From assembly GCA_019058445.1 (NCBI GenBank), contig JAHPZA010000009.1, forward strand, positions 729,023 to 793,022: DNA of 64,000 nucleotides, written 5' to 3'. How positions within the stretch are numbered: position 1 is the first letter of the stretch; every line of letters starts with the position of its first letter. Made by a program: the position numbers and the translations under genes. This DNA comes from Promethearchaeota archaeon. Its GTDB lineage: Archaea > Asgardarchaeota > Lokiarchaeia > Sigyniarchaeales > SOKP01. This document shows positions 50,432 through 61,300 of the stretch, piece after piece. The notes beneath the pieces were generated by a model that saw only the letters and a list, made by a program, of their open reading frames with translations, ran no database searches and was not told the origin of the DNA.

Positions 50432-52351
50432 TTAAATTAATCTAAATTTTCTATTGAGATACAACATATAAGTCCCACTAATACTTAGACAAATCCCAAA
50501 AAACAATAGACTTGATGTGTAGAAAAATTCACTAGTAATATGTCCTATGGTTATCCCTCTGAATGTTATTTGCTCAATTGAAATGAAATCTATTTCAAAC
50601 AAAATTACTATATAAAATATAAAGAGGGAGGATAGTATTTGCATGATTCCGATGATTATATTGGCATTATAAATCAATCTTGATTCTGTTTTATCTAATT
50701 CTATTATTTGGCCAACACCAATATCAATTGCCACTCTTTCTCTATCCACTTTTTTAATTAAAAAATAAGCTACTTCTCTTAATGGAATTATGTCCAGAAT
50801 GACTGTTGCAATTGTAAAGATACAAATAACAATTAATATCCGTAATAACACTTGAGTAAAATACAGTTCATAGCCGGGGGAGGGGGAACTAAGTGTACTT
50901 AAATTATTTAATACCCAAATTAATATCCCTATTACAATAATACATAATGCCTTTAATCCAGCTAAAGTTATTACTATGGAATAGCGATCTGTAATAGTTA
51001 ATGAATAGTATAACACTGTTATAAGAAATAGAATTGAGCCTAAAATGATTGCAGCTGGTTCCAAAACAAATGCTAAAATCAAACATGTAGTCCCAACGAT
51101 TATTGGGAGATAGGGAAAAAAGGGAGCTTTGAAAGGTCGAGCCAATGACTTTCTTTTGCGCCTCAAATTGACCGCAGCAAAATTAACCGCAGCTAGTCCA
51201 ATAAAATAGATAAACGTGGTAATCTCTGCAGTAAAACCAATACTAGTGTAAACTATTGCTAAAAATGTAAAAAGTATTGCAATGATAGTTGTAAGCAATA
51301 AGGCATACGTGGGCACAGTTTTCTTTTTATTTAATTCAGTAAATTTACTATGAACATAATTATCTCTCGCAAGTGCTTGTAATAGACTAGTTGCTGAACC
51401 TAAAGCTGCGTTCATAGCTATTAACGTCGATATTAACATTGCAGCACCCATTAGGTAAAATCCTATAGGTCCTAAAATATCAAATAAAATCTCACCTAAT
51501 AATACTGGGGATCCGATTAAATCTCCTCTTAAATTTCCTAAATTAATTAAAACAACAAAGGTTATTGATAAATAAATTACCAATGTTAAGAGTATGGCCA
51601 AGATATTGACTCTTGGAATATTTTTTGAAGGATTTTCTAAATCTACATTGAAATAGGCCAGATTTGATGTAATTGACGTAAATAATATGAATAAAAGTGC
51701 GAACATCTGAATTATTCCTAAAACACTCATTTGTGAATAAAGATAATCAGGATTATACCCAGAAGGATTAGTATTTGGAGAAATAAATAATCCTGAAATA
51801 ATAAAAATTGAAAAAATGGTAATCAATGTGATTGTTAATATAATTAACGTTCTAGTAGCAAATCTCTGAGTCCTAAAAAATACAATACTAGTTAGTACAA
51901 CTGCCAAAATTGCAACTGGAATGATAAATGGTTCTAAAAATGGAAAGAAGATAATGATTATGATGGTAAATGCTTGAGCTGAAAAAGAACATGTAGCAAT
52001 ATTTGCTATAAATAGGAAAGTTCCAATAATAAATGCAGAAAATCCACCAATACCTTCCTTACTAAAATTATACGCCCCCCCTGACAGAGGCAAACTGGTT
52101 GAGAGCTCAGAGTAATTAAGAGCGGTTAGAAAGATAAGTATCCCTCCAAGTAATAAACTAATTAAAACGCCAGGTCCCGCAACCTCGATCCCTATACCCA
52201 GTAGAACGAAAATTGAGCCTCCTATTCCACAACCTATACCATATAGGATTCCTGCAGTAATTCCATATTTTTTTTCAGTTGGAGGTTCAATTTCATTCAA
52301 ATTGTTAATCAGCTTAACACTAAATTTAAAATTTAATTTTATTAGATCCAA
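50432..52351 (-). CDS. APC-family amino acid permease with extra C-terminal TM helices
   Basis: GIGGSIF, YSELS..LP.SGGAY, ALARD and RPFKAP motifs. Confidence 0.88.
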   Translation of the reverse strand: MDLIKLNFKFSVKLINNLNEIEPPTEKKYGITAGILYGIGCGIGGSIFVLLGIGIEVAGPGVLISLLLGGILIFLTALNYSELSTSLPLSGGAYNFSKEGIGGFSAFIIGTFLFIANIATCSFSAQAFTIIIIIFFPFLEPFIIPVAILAVVLTSIVFFRTQRFATRTLIILTITLITIFSIFIISGLFISPNTNPSGYNPDYLYSQMSVLGIIQMFALLFILFTSITSNLAYFNVDLENPSKNIPRVNILAILLTLVIYLSITFVVLINLGNLRGDLIGSPVLLGEILFDILGPIGFYLMGAAMLISTLIAMNAALGSATSLLQALARDNYVHSKFTELNKKKTVPTYALLLTTIIAILFTFLAIVYTSIGFTAEITTFIYFIGLAAVNFAAVNLRRKRKSLARPFKAPFFPYLPIIVGTTCLILAFVLEPAAIILGSILFLITVLYYSLTITDRYSIVITLAGLKALCIIVIGILIWVLNNLSTLSSPSPGYELYFTQVLLRILIVICIFTIATVILDIIPLREVAYFLIKKVDRERVAIDIGVGQIIELDKTESRLIYNANIIIGIMQILSSLFIFYIVILFEIDFISIEQITFRGITIGHITSEFFYTSSLLFFGICLSISGTYMLYLNRKFRLI

Positions 52352-52374
52352 CTAACTTTAGAACTTCTAAAAAT

Positions 52375-53901
52375 TTAAGATTTTTCAAGGTGAAAAAAAC
52401 CTGAAATAAGTGTTAAAGAAGCAGCAATGATCATAAGGATAAAAATTGTTGGATTTTCAATGTCTCCCGCATTCAACAAGTTTAAAATGAACATTAATCC
52501 AATAATGATAAAGAAAAAACCAGCCGCAATTAGAATCCCGCCAAATAATTTAGATGCTCTATAGATAAAAGACAAAAATTCTAACCTATTAATCCTACTC
52601 TCTTTATCTCTAATTTCAGATTCAGTCTTTTCTAATTCAGCTTTTAACTTCTGGAAAATTGCCCGTGAATCAGTAATACTAGTTTCAATTACCTCTTTAG
52701 TTTTCACCAGTTTATCATATTCCGGTTGTAAATGGTCTATTTTCTCAGTTAACGCAACTAAACGTTCTTCCCTCTCATTATATTCCCTCGTTGATTCATC
52801 AATTGCATTTTTTATGTCAGTTAATCTTTTTTCACTTACTTCAATCAAATCTTCTTTGCTCTGAATTTGTTCGTTCAGAGATTCTAACGTATCAGTTACC
52901 TCTTGTATTCTAGATTCTATACCAATCATTTGCTGTTGTTTGTCAGTCAATTGGACCTTATATTTCTCTAAAAGTTCTATATAGGTATCTTTTTGTTTTT
53001 CCATTTCAGGGAAGCCCTCATTATATTGCTCTTGTAATTCCTGAATTTCCTTTATTCTGGATTCTTTTTTTTCTACTTGTTCATTTAAAGTCTTAAGCTC
53101 ATCCTCTTTTGCTAGAATTAAATTATCTGTATGCTGATATTCAATTTTGTTTTTCTCTATTGATACTTTTAACGTATCGTTTTCAGTTCTAAGACTTTTT
53201 AATTTTTTTTCCAGCGCTTCAGTTTCTTCTCTCTGTTTTTCGAGTTTATTTTCTCGTTCCTCAATATCTTTATTGGTTTTAGATATTTTAGACCTTAAAT
53301 CTTCTTGGGTTGCTACTTTTTCTTTAATCCCATCAGTGAGCACAATTAAATCTACTTGTCTGTTCTCATAGGTTTTAACTAATTGTTCATTATTTTTTAG
53401 AAGCTCTTTATATTCCTCTTCTAAAGTTTCCTTACTTTCTTTTGTTATTTGGGCTTGTTCTTCTAATGTTTTAGTTTCTTCGACCTTACGATTGTAATCT
53501 TCCTCAAGTTTAGCTATCTTGTCTTCTAAAGCGGTTAAATATTCCTTTTTATCTGTAATTTTTTTTGAAATAGATTCAAATTGAGAATTTGCCTCTTCGA
53601 TTTCTTTCCCTATTCTTTCAATAATCATTCGATCGATTTCTTCTTCTTCGATATCTTCTTTTTTCTCCGCTTCTTTTTTAACTTCCTCAATTGTAGTTTC
53701 AAAAGTCCGCAACTTTTTGTCTATCATATCCCTAGAGTCTTTGGCTTTTGATAATAACTCTTTGTCTACCTTTTCACTTTCTTTATCTATCTTACTATTT
53801 TTTTCTTTCTCCGTTTTACTATTCTTCTCTTCTTGGTCGCCAGAAGCCATTTTATCGCTCTTATGAGTCATAATTTTATTATAAAATTGAGTTACATACA
53901 A
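52375..53901 (-). CDS. Long coiled-coil protein with C-terminal transmembrane hairpin (start uncertain)
   Basis: About 400 aa of E/K-rich heptads followed by two hydrophobic helices. Confidence 0.8.
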   Translation of the reverse strand: MYVTQFYNKIMTHKSDKMASGDQEEKNSKTEKEKNSKIDKESEKVDKELLSKAKDSRDMIDKKLRTFETTIEEVKKEAEKKEDIEEEEIDRMIIERIGKEIEEANSQFESISKKITDKKEYLTALEDKIAKLEEDYNRKVEETKTLEEQAQITKESKETLEEEYKELLKNNEQLVKTYENRQVDLIVLTDGIKEKVATQEDLRSKISKTNKDIEERENKLEKQREETEALEKKLKSLRTENDTLKVSIEKNKIEYQHTDNLILAKEDELKTLNEQVEKKESRIKEIQELQEQYNEGFPEMEKQKDTYIELLEKYKVQLTDKQQQMIGIESRIQEVTDTLESLNEQIQSKEDLIEVSEKRLTDIKNAIDESTREYNEREERLVALTEKIDHLQPEYDKLVKTKEVIETSITDSRAIFQKLKAELEKTESEIRDKESRINRLEFLSFIYRASKLFGGILIAAGFFFIIIGLMFILNLLNAGDIENPTIFILMIIAASLTLISGFFHLEKS

Positions 53902-54161
53902 TTAGAATTTAGGATTTTAAAATTTAATTTTCATTTATATATGAAATTGACTTGGGTTTTTTTGATCAAACAGACTTTTCTTTAAATAAATATTCATTTT
54001 ATACAACCCAAAATAGAAAGCTCTAAATATATAAACCCTTTCATCTTTATAAATCCATATTTTTTTCCGTTTTTTTCAAAGTACTAAAAGGTCTTTGAGG
54101 AATAAGTTTATATAGGAAAATTGTTTAATACATCCCGATTAATTTTTTTTTACCCCTAAAA

Positions 54162-54248
54162 TGGGGTTTATGTTTCTCTTGACCGGATTGGGATATAACG
54201 CTATGGCTTGTATATTTGGATCGCGGGTGAACAGAAACATTAACCCCA
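54162..54248. ncRNA. Unidentified structured intergenic element
   Basis: 15/16 terminal inverted repeat enclosing a GC-richer, partly self-complementary core. Confidence 0.4.
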
Positions 54249-54480
54249 CCTATAAAGAAATTTTTAATTTTTGGCAACAGATTTAACAAGATTTTTATCT
54301 AAAACAATTATAAATTTCTAAATTCTCCTTAATTATAATCTATAATTAAAATTACAAGCAAGTCAATATCTCTGAAAAGTTAAACTATATATTAAATCAT
54401 TTCCTAATTTTTATTTAATCATATTTATCTATAAACAGTCATGAAAAACAATTTTAAAATGGATTTAAAGTTGAAATTTT

Positions 54481-57400
54481 ATGAACAAAAAAAAAATAAA
54501 TAAACGATTACTAATAATATTTCTGATTTTATTCCCTGCAGCTGTACTTTTTGGGTTTTTAACTGTCAATACTCGTGCTGAAGTATATGTCCCAGAAGAA
54601 AGTGAATATAATAATTGGCGTTGGGAAGTAGCTCAAAATGATATATTAGCATTTGAAGTGGAGCTTATCATGAAAGAAAATGATACGGGGGATCTGTTCC
54701 TACAACAAAAATATCTTGAAATTATGCAAATTGATGATATAGTTAATACGACCACTGATCTTATGGGGCCTTCAGAGGTATCTGATATAAGTGCTATACG
54801 TATGTTTTATAATTGCACCAGTAAAAAACCAGAGCAAATTCCAGATAGCGACCCCTTTGAAATTGCTATGTTCGGTTATAATGAAACTAATGCGCCACAT
54901 GAAAGATATTTTACAGGAGAATTTATATTTGCTCCATTGGTTTTACCTCTTAATGGATCAACATTGGATTCGTCTTTAGTAGATATCCTTAATAAAACTT
55001 TCTTCTATAACGTATATAAGATGGGTTATATGAATAGTGTAGACGAAAGTGGATATGACGATGCTTATAGTCCGGGAATAGATAAAATTTGGTACCATAA
55101 CACCTCATTAGATTACTATATGAATTTTACATATTTTGAGAATAATGGAACTCTTCAAACTGCTGCTATGGACTTCCTTATGTATTTTGATGAGGGTGAG
55201 GATGACGGCAGATGGATGATCGTAACGTATTTAGTACAAAGAGTTTTTGAGTATGATATTACTGATGAAGTCGAATGGGCAGTAGAGGAAGGAGACACTC
55301 TTTACTTTGGCATGGGTGCAGATGACGAAACTAGTGAATATAAAATCAATATTACTGATATTAGCTGTGAGAACGTTGAATTCCAGGTAATGGGAGAATG
55401 GACGCTTCAGCCTTTTCAAATAGTGTGGGGTGATACTTCAAGTTGGAATGGTACTGGTTATGAGCCTGAGCAATATGATGTACCTCTCGGTATTGCAAAT
55501 AATTTCTATCCAATACACCCATATGTTCTTGGCAGTGAGGATTTCATCCCTATACTTTATCCTAATAATACGGCATTTGAAGATTGGTCATTTGAATTTA
55601 ATAATTTTACGGAAGAACATTGGGAATTTGGGGAAGTTCTTATTCACGATGATATAATTATAGAATTCCTAATTCCTGAGGAGGACATTCATGTTGCTCT
55701 TAATATCGATCAAGACACGGGAATTCTAAAGTTATTAACATATGAAGAAGAAGGGCTCTTAGAAATGGTCTTATTTAGAAAAAATGTAACAAAACTACTA
55801 GATGGAGTTAGATTTGATGGTCAGATCTATTCAGATCTTATTGGAAATAATAAAGTCTTTCTTAGTAATCTAACTCTGAGCGGTGATACAGAAATATACG
55901 GAGCAGTTTTACCAGTCAATTTCCTTGAACCCCAGTATGGTCCATTTATACAAGAAATTCCCGGCTTGGAATTATATATTGATACCTACTCCAATAATAC
56001 TAATTTAATTTCTAATCCTAATATTACGATTCTCTATGACACACAAGTTTTACTTGATCTAGGAATTCCAGAAAGTGCATTAAAAGTATACCAATTCGAT
56101 ATGGAGGAACATATATGGGAGGAACATGTTGGTAACTATACAGTAATTAATGGGGAAGTTAATATAACTCATCTTGATTCCGCGTACCATACTATTGGAG
56201 TTGAGGAATCCTGGAATTGGAGCGATGATGTGTTTTCGGCAATTGATGATATATTAATTTATGAATCCTTAGGAAATTTGTATGGAAATATATCTGAATT
56301 TGGCGGTTTCGTAAACATACCTTACATAAATTTCGCGATTTTGAATATTACTAATGTAGGATTAGTAGATAGCTTTTATCAAGGGGATCCCCAAGAATTT
56401 AATCAAGTAAACGCAACATTAATGTATTATGATCCTGTAGTTGATGACCTGGTAACATGGGAAGATGCCGGTGAATTCATATTAAGCGAATACTATTATA
56501 ACCAGAGTCGAAAACCAGATCCAACTTTTTACTTAAACCTAACTCAGAATATGCTCGGATTCCCGATAATTATTCCATTACGATGGGATCAATTAGCTCT
56601 TCCGACGATTGGGCGTGTTTTAAATGAGACATTCTATAGTTCTCCATTGGCAAGAGAGTTAGGCTTTCCGATATGGGATGAGATTGAGGTAAATACACTG
56701 AAAAACATGATAACTTTTAATGATACGACTAGTGATTATTTCATGGAATTAACTTATTATGACAATGGTACCTTAAAAGATGCGGAGGTTGCCACAAAAT
56801 TCACCATAGATGACCAAGGCATAGATTTTAATTTAACTAGCACCAGGTTATTTGATTATAATACCACGGATGAAGTTGAGTGGGGTCTCGAGGTGGGAGA
56901 AAGTTATTATTTCGGTTCAAATTATCCCGAGGGTGGACCTACTTATGAACTGAATATCACTATAGTAAAACTCAATCAAAGTGCGGTATACTTAGCAGAA
57001 CTTTTCGGTTTTGATGAAGAAGCCTTCATGTTTCAGACATGGCTCACATTCGAAAATGTTTGGGCAAAGATGGAAATTTGGAATGTAAGTGATGTGGGAA
57101 ATGGAGTAAGCACTGGAGAATGGATCCCTTTAGATGTTAAGCAACCCATTTTTATTATCGCAGCCGCAAACAATTATTTTCCATTTGCTCCTGGCGATTA
57201 TCTGGGATATCATGGGCTCAGTGGTTCTATGGTTCCTCTTTTATTACCTAAAGGAATAGACGGCAATGATATCTCGCAGGATTTCTTAGATTTTGTAGCG
57301 ATAATGATCAGTAAGGAATATGGAGGAGAGGTCGTAGCAGCAATTTCTGAAGTGGATGAAGACTATCTAAAAATAGATTTAATAGCACCTGATTATCCAG

Positions 57401-58119
57401 AATATATCGGATATTTAGAGTGGTATTTAAATAATGACACGGGACTTACTAGATACTGGTACAGATATGAAGAATATTTAGATGAATCTTACATCATGTC
57501 TATTTTTGTAAAAAATCATAGTGCTGGAAGTGTTAACGCACCATATGAATATAATAATTACTTGGTACCAGATGTAAATGTAACAGTGAATGTTGAATGC
57601 GTTGGAGGCTATGAATTTTTTGAAGCCATGCTAAATAAGAATCCTGTAAATGGTTCATTACCATCCGGTATTGGTGTCCCAATGTTCTATACTGACATAT
57701 TCTTCATAAATTATACTGCACCTGCGTACAACCTTTCATTTACTATGGAATTGCCTTCAAAGTACAGTGTAACAAATGTTAAATATCTAGCCATTTATAT
57801 TCCAAACTATGAAGAACAAGAAGGCCATTGGGAATCTGATGCTATAGCGGATATCAGTTTCTTAACAGTAACAAAAGATACTCAAAATAATATACTTACC
57901 GTAAAAATTGAAAATATTAATGGAACAATTTCAGTGATATTAGCTTGGATGTATTCAGCACCTGCAGCTCCAGGTGGCGGTGGTGGAGGTGGCGGTGGCG
58001 ACAATGATGAGGAGGAAACTGTAACAGTTCCTGGATACAACATCTATATCTTATTAATGATATTATCATCAATCTCGACTATTATGATAATAAAACGCCA
58101 TAAAAAGAACAGAATTTAA
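54481..58119 (+). CDS. Giant secreted surface (glyco)protein with Loki-CTERM-like anchor
   Basis: Signal peptide; acidic; many N-x-S/T sites; internal repeats; Gly-rich linker, then VPGY, TM and basic tail. Confidence 0.88.
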   Translation: MNKKKINKRLLIIFLILFPAAVLFGFLTVNTRAEVYVPEESEYNNWRWEVAQNDILAFEVELIMKENDTGDLFLQQKYLEIMQIDDIVNTTTDLMGPSEVSDISAIRMFYNCTSKKPEQIPDSDPFEIAMFGYNETNAPHERYFTGEFIFAPLVLPLNGSTLDSSLVDILNKTFFYNVYKMGYMNSVDESGYDDAYSPGIDKIWYHNTSLDYYMNFTYFENNGTLQTAAMDFLMYFDEGEDDGRWMIVTYLVQRVFEYDITDEVEWAVEEGDTLYFGMGADDETSEYKINITDISCENVEFQVMGEWTLQPFQIVWGDTSSWNGTGYEPEQYDVPLGIANNFYPIHPYVLGSEDFIPILYPNNTAFEDWSFEFNNFTEEHWEFGEVLIHDDIIIEFLIPEEDIHVALNIDQDTGILKLLTYEEEGLLEMVLFRKNVTKLLDGVRFDGQIYSDLIGNNKVFLSNLTLSGDTEIYGAVLPVNFLEPQYGPFIQEIPGLELYIDTYSNNTNLISNPNITILYDTQVLLDLGIPESALKVYQFDMEEHIWEEHVGNYTVINGEVNITHLDSAYHTIGVEESWNWSDDVFSAIDDILIYESLGNLYGNISEFGGFVNIPYINFAILNITNVGLVDSFYQGDPQEFNQVNATLMYYDPVVDDLVTWEDAGEFILSEYYYNQSRKPDPTFYLNLTQNMLGFPIIIPLRWDQLALPTIGRVLNETFYSSPLARELGFPIWDEIEVNTLKNMITFNDTTSDYFMELTYYDNGTLKDAEVATKFTIDDQGIDFNLTSTRLFDYNTTDEVEWGLEVGESYYFGSNYPEGGPTYELNITIVKLNQSAVYLAELFGFDEEAFMFQTWLTFENVWAKMEIWNVSDVGNGVSTGEWIPLDVKQPIFIIAAANNYFPFAPGDYLGYHGLSGSMVPLLLPKGIDGNDISQDFLDFVAIMISKEYGGEVVAAISEVDEDYLKIDLIAPDYPEYIGYLEWYLNNDTGLTRYWYRYEEYLDESYIMSIFVKNHSAGSVNAPYEYNNYLVPDVNVTVNVECVGGYEFFEAMLNKNPVNGSLPSGIGVPMFYTDIFFINYTAPAYNLSFTMELPSKYSVTNVKYLAIYIPNYEEQEGHWESDAIADISFLTVTKDTQNNILTVKIENINGTISVILAWMYSAPAAPGGGGGGGGGDNDEEETVTVPGYNIYILLMILSSISTIMIIKRHKKNRI

Positions 58120-58141
58120 TTATTTAATAATATCTTTTTTT

Positions 58142-58219
58142 TTATTCTTTTATTAATTGTATTTTAATGAATAAGTGAAGCGTTCTAGGGCCAAAGGGAA
58201 CTAGTATATTCAAAATTTT
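58142..58219 (-). pseudogene. Duplicated 3' fragment of the amidohydrolase-YjbQ gene
   Basis: ILVPFGPRTLHLFIKIQLIKE* versus ILVTFGPRTFQLFIKIRLIKE* at 62153. Confidence 0.8.
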
Positions 58220-58384
58220 GATTTTTTCTACTTCAAACGAAAATAAAGATTTAATGAAAATCCTTTCAATTCTGTCAAAAAAATGGATTATTAAATATAA
58301 ATGTAGAAACTTACTATTATAATTCAAATCATTGTAAGACAATTTTTAAATTAAAATCTAATAACAATTTTTAGCTGAAAATAT

Positions 58385-61300
58385 ATGAAAGAAGAGTATA
58401 AGAAAAAAATTAAAGCTTCGATTTTCATTATTTCAGTCTCTATCCCTTTCGCAATGCTTCTGGGATTTTTTATTCCTACGGCAAAGGCAGGACCGGTTAT
58501 TCCAATAAATAATCTTACCGATCCTTATAATGATTGGCGTTGGGAAGTAAATATGGATGATCAACTAATCTACGAGTTAGAAATGGAAGTTTTTGATAAT
58601 GAAACAGGAGAATTAGTTTCTTCATTTAAGTCAATTCATATTTTCAATATTACTTCTTTTAGAAATACTACATATGATAATACTTTAGTTTCAGAAGTTA
58701 ATGCTACCGAATACTATTATGATTGCGTTAGTGATTCACTTATCCAAATAGGGGCCCCATTTCCGTTAGCTATGTTTGGATATAATAACTCTAGAACTCC
58801 TCGTGAAAGGTATTATATGCCAGAAGGGATGATTGCTCCTTTTATATTTCCAAGAAATGGCACTTCACAAAACGCAGAAGTGATGATGGAGGTTCTTAAT
58901 TACACATTTTATGAGAATTACCAAATGGGACATATGAATTATTTTGATGTTAATAGGTCTAATTATTTCGAGGAAGGAAGGACATGGAATGTATCTCTTA
59001 GTGGAGATAATGATGCACAAGCTCCATATCGAACAGGTGATTGGTATTCTGGAGATTTTTATATTAGAATAATATATGATCCAAATGATAAATTATTGTA
59101 TCAAGATGCCTGTGTCTTAGTGAAAGAGGAGAGTGAAAATCCTGGAGATCATTGGTATCTCTATAATGCTTCAATTACGAAAGTAAATGATTATAATGTT
59201 ACAGATGAAATAGATTGGTATTTTGAAGAGGGAATGACATTTTATATTGGTGAGAGTAATGTAAATGAAAGCTATGATGGTGGGATTCCGTACCACCAAG
59301 ATATTAAAGTTGATATTGCGGGATTTAATTATTCAAATTATGAAATCTCTACAATGTGGGGTGAAATGAACATGAATTTCCAAAATATTCTCATTAACGT
59401 TTCAATCTGGAATGATACAGCAGGTATTTATGAACAAGAAATGTCAAATTTTCCCGCAGGACAGGCAAACAATTTTTTTCCGTTTCATATAAGTGTCTTT
59501 GAACATAGTTTCCCCGTCTTCATGCCCAATACTACGGAAATAGAGGATTTAGAATTTATGATAAAATATCTAACCCCTTTTGGAGTAAGTGACTGGAATA
59601 TAGATGATGATAAGATTATTGAATGCAAATTCTCAGTATCGCAAGTTGCCGCATCTTGGTATATGGAAATTGATAAGGAGAAAATGGGTACGATTTTTGG
59701 CTATAGAGAAGTGGAAGGAAAAATAGATTATTTACTTTATCAAAGAAACATGACTCAGGTAGATAAAGGCCCTGTAATCGACCAGCGATTATATTCACAA
59801 TTAGAAGGGAATAATAAGGTTTGGATTAACTTCACCAATAATGGTACGAAGCCCATAGATTTTTATTGGGGAATAATCCCTGTAAATCCTCTAGAACCCC
59901 TCGACTATCTTTTTTACGAAGAAATACCCGACTTAGGACTATATATAGATGTTAACGTTAATAATAAGACATCAGTTGGGAAGGGTTTAGTTAATTTTAC
60001 TATTAACTATGATTCTGCAGCTATAAGTAATGCTGGTATTCCTGAGAGTAAATTGAGGGTGTATAGATTTAATGGTATCAAATGGGAGCCACTAGACACT
60101 TCTAATTATACAGTATATCCCAGTAGTGATACAATACGAGTTCACACTATGGGAGCAAATTTTTTCACGGTTGGAGCTCCTGAGGAATGGAATTGGTCAA
60201 AACAAATTACTGTTGGGAGTGAAATGTATTATGAAACAACAGGTACATTAAGTGGAAAGCTTTCAGAAGAGATGGGATCTGTCAATTTACCATTCGTAGA
60301 TTTCTATATACTAAATATCACTAATAGAGGATTATCATACAAAAATAGAGGGGATGGTATTGACTGTTGGATGAATCAAATTAATGGTTCATTGTATTAT
60401 TGGGATCCTGCTGTGAACGATTTAGTGAAATTTGAGGATTCGGGAGAATTTATATTAAATGAATATAACTTAAGCTATACAATTGATCCTCAAAAACCCT
60501 TTTATTTCAATTTAACTGAGCATACTCTTGGATTTCCTATTGTTATTCCTTTATTATTTAATAAATTGCATCTAGCATCTATAGGAGAAGCACTAAATGA
60601 TAGTTTCTATAGCTCTCCAATGATTAGAGAGATGGGATTTCCTAGTTGGGACGAGATAAAAGTCAATCATGTTACCAAAACACTAACTTTAAATGATACA
60701 ACGAGCGAGTATTATATATCAGCAAGTTACTATGATAATGGTACACTTAAAAAGGCAGTAGGATCAGTCGAATTCAATTTTACAGGAGAAATGGTCGATT
60801 TCAATATTACTACAATCAGGAAATATGATTACAATCAAACAGATGAGGTTGAATGGGGTGTAAAACCGGGTGATAGTTACTACTTTGGCTCAAACTTCCC
60901 AATGGGGGGTCCAACTATCGAGGTAAATGTAACCATTGTCGAAATTAATAAATCAGCCGTATTTTTGGGTGAATTAGTTGGTTTTAGTGATGATGGAGGT
61001 CCACCAATGTTTCAATCATGGTTAACTTTTTCAAATGTATGGGCAAAAATAGAGGTATATAACATAACAGAGGGGAAAAATGGAGTTAGAACAGGTGAAT
61101 GGCTTGATTTAGCAGAAATAGATGAGGAGGCCAATTCTACTATAATAATTGCTGCAGCAAATAATTACCTCCCATTTCCAATAGGAGATTATTACCGTTA
61201 TTTTAATCTTTCAGGAAATTTCCAGCCATTGCTAATGCCGAAGGGAATCGATGGATACAAACTTGCTGAAGATTATGGAGATCTTGTTTCACTTTTTGCT

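Noticed and set aside
54162-54248. tRNA, SECIS or BHB substrate
   Set aside because: No cloverleaf or T-loop, not downstream of a selenoprotein gene, and no 3-4-3 geometry on either strand.
57972-58001. GGT/GGC short repeat
   Set aside because: It is the poly-Gly linker of the surface protein, not an independent repeat element.
58142-58342. 66-aa ORF as a real gene
   Set aside because: Only the last ~21 codons are homologous to the YjbQ-fusion end; the rest looks like AT-rich promoter sequence of the next gene.
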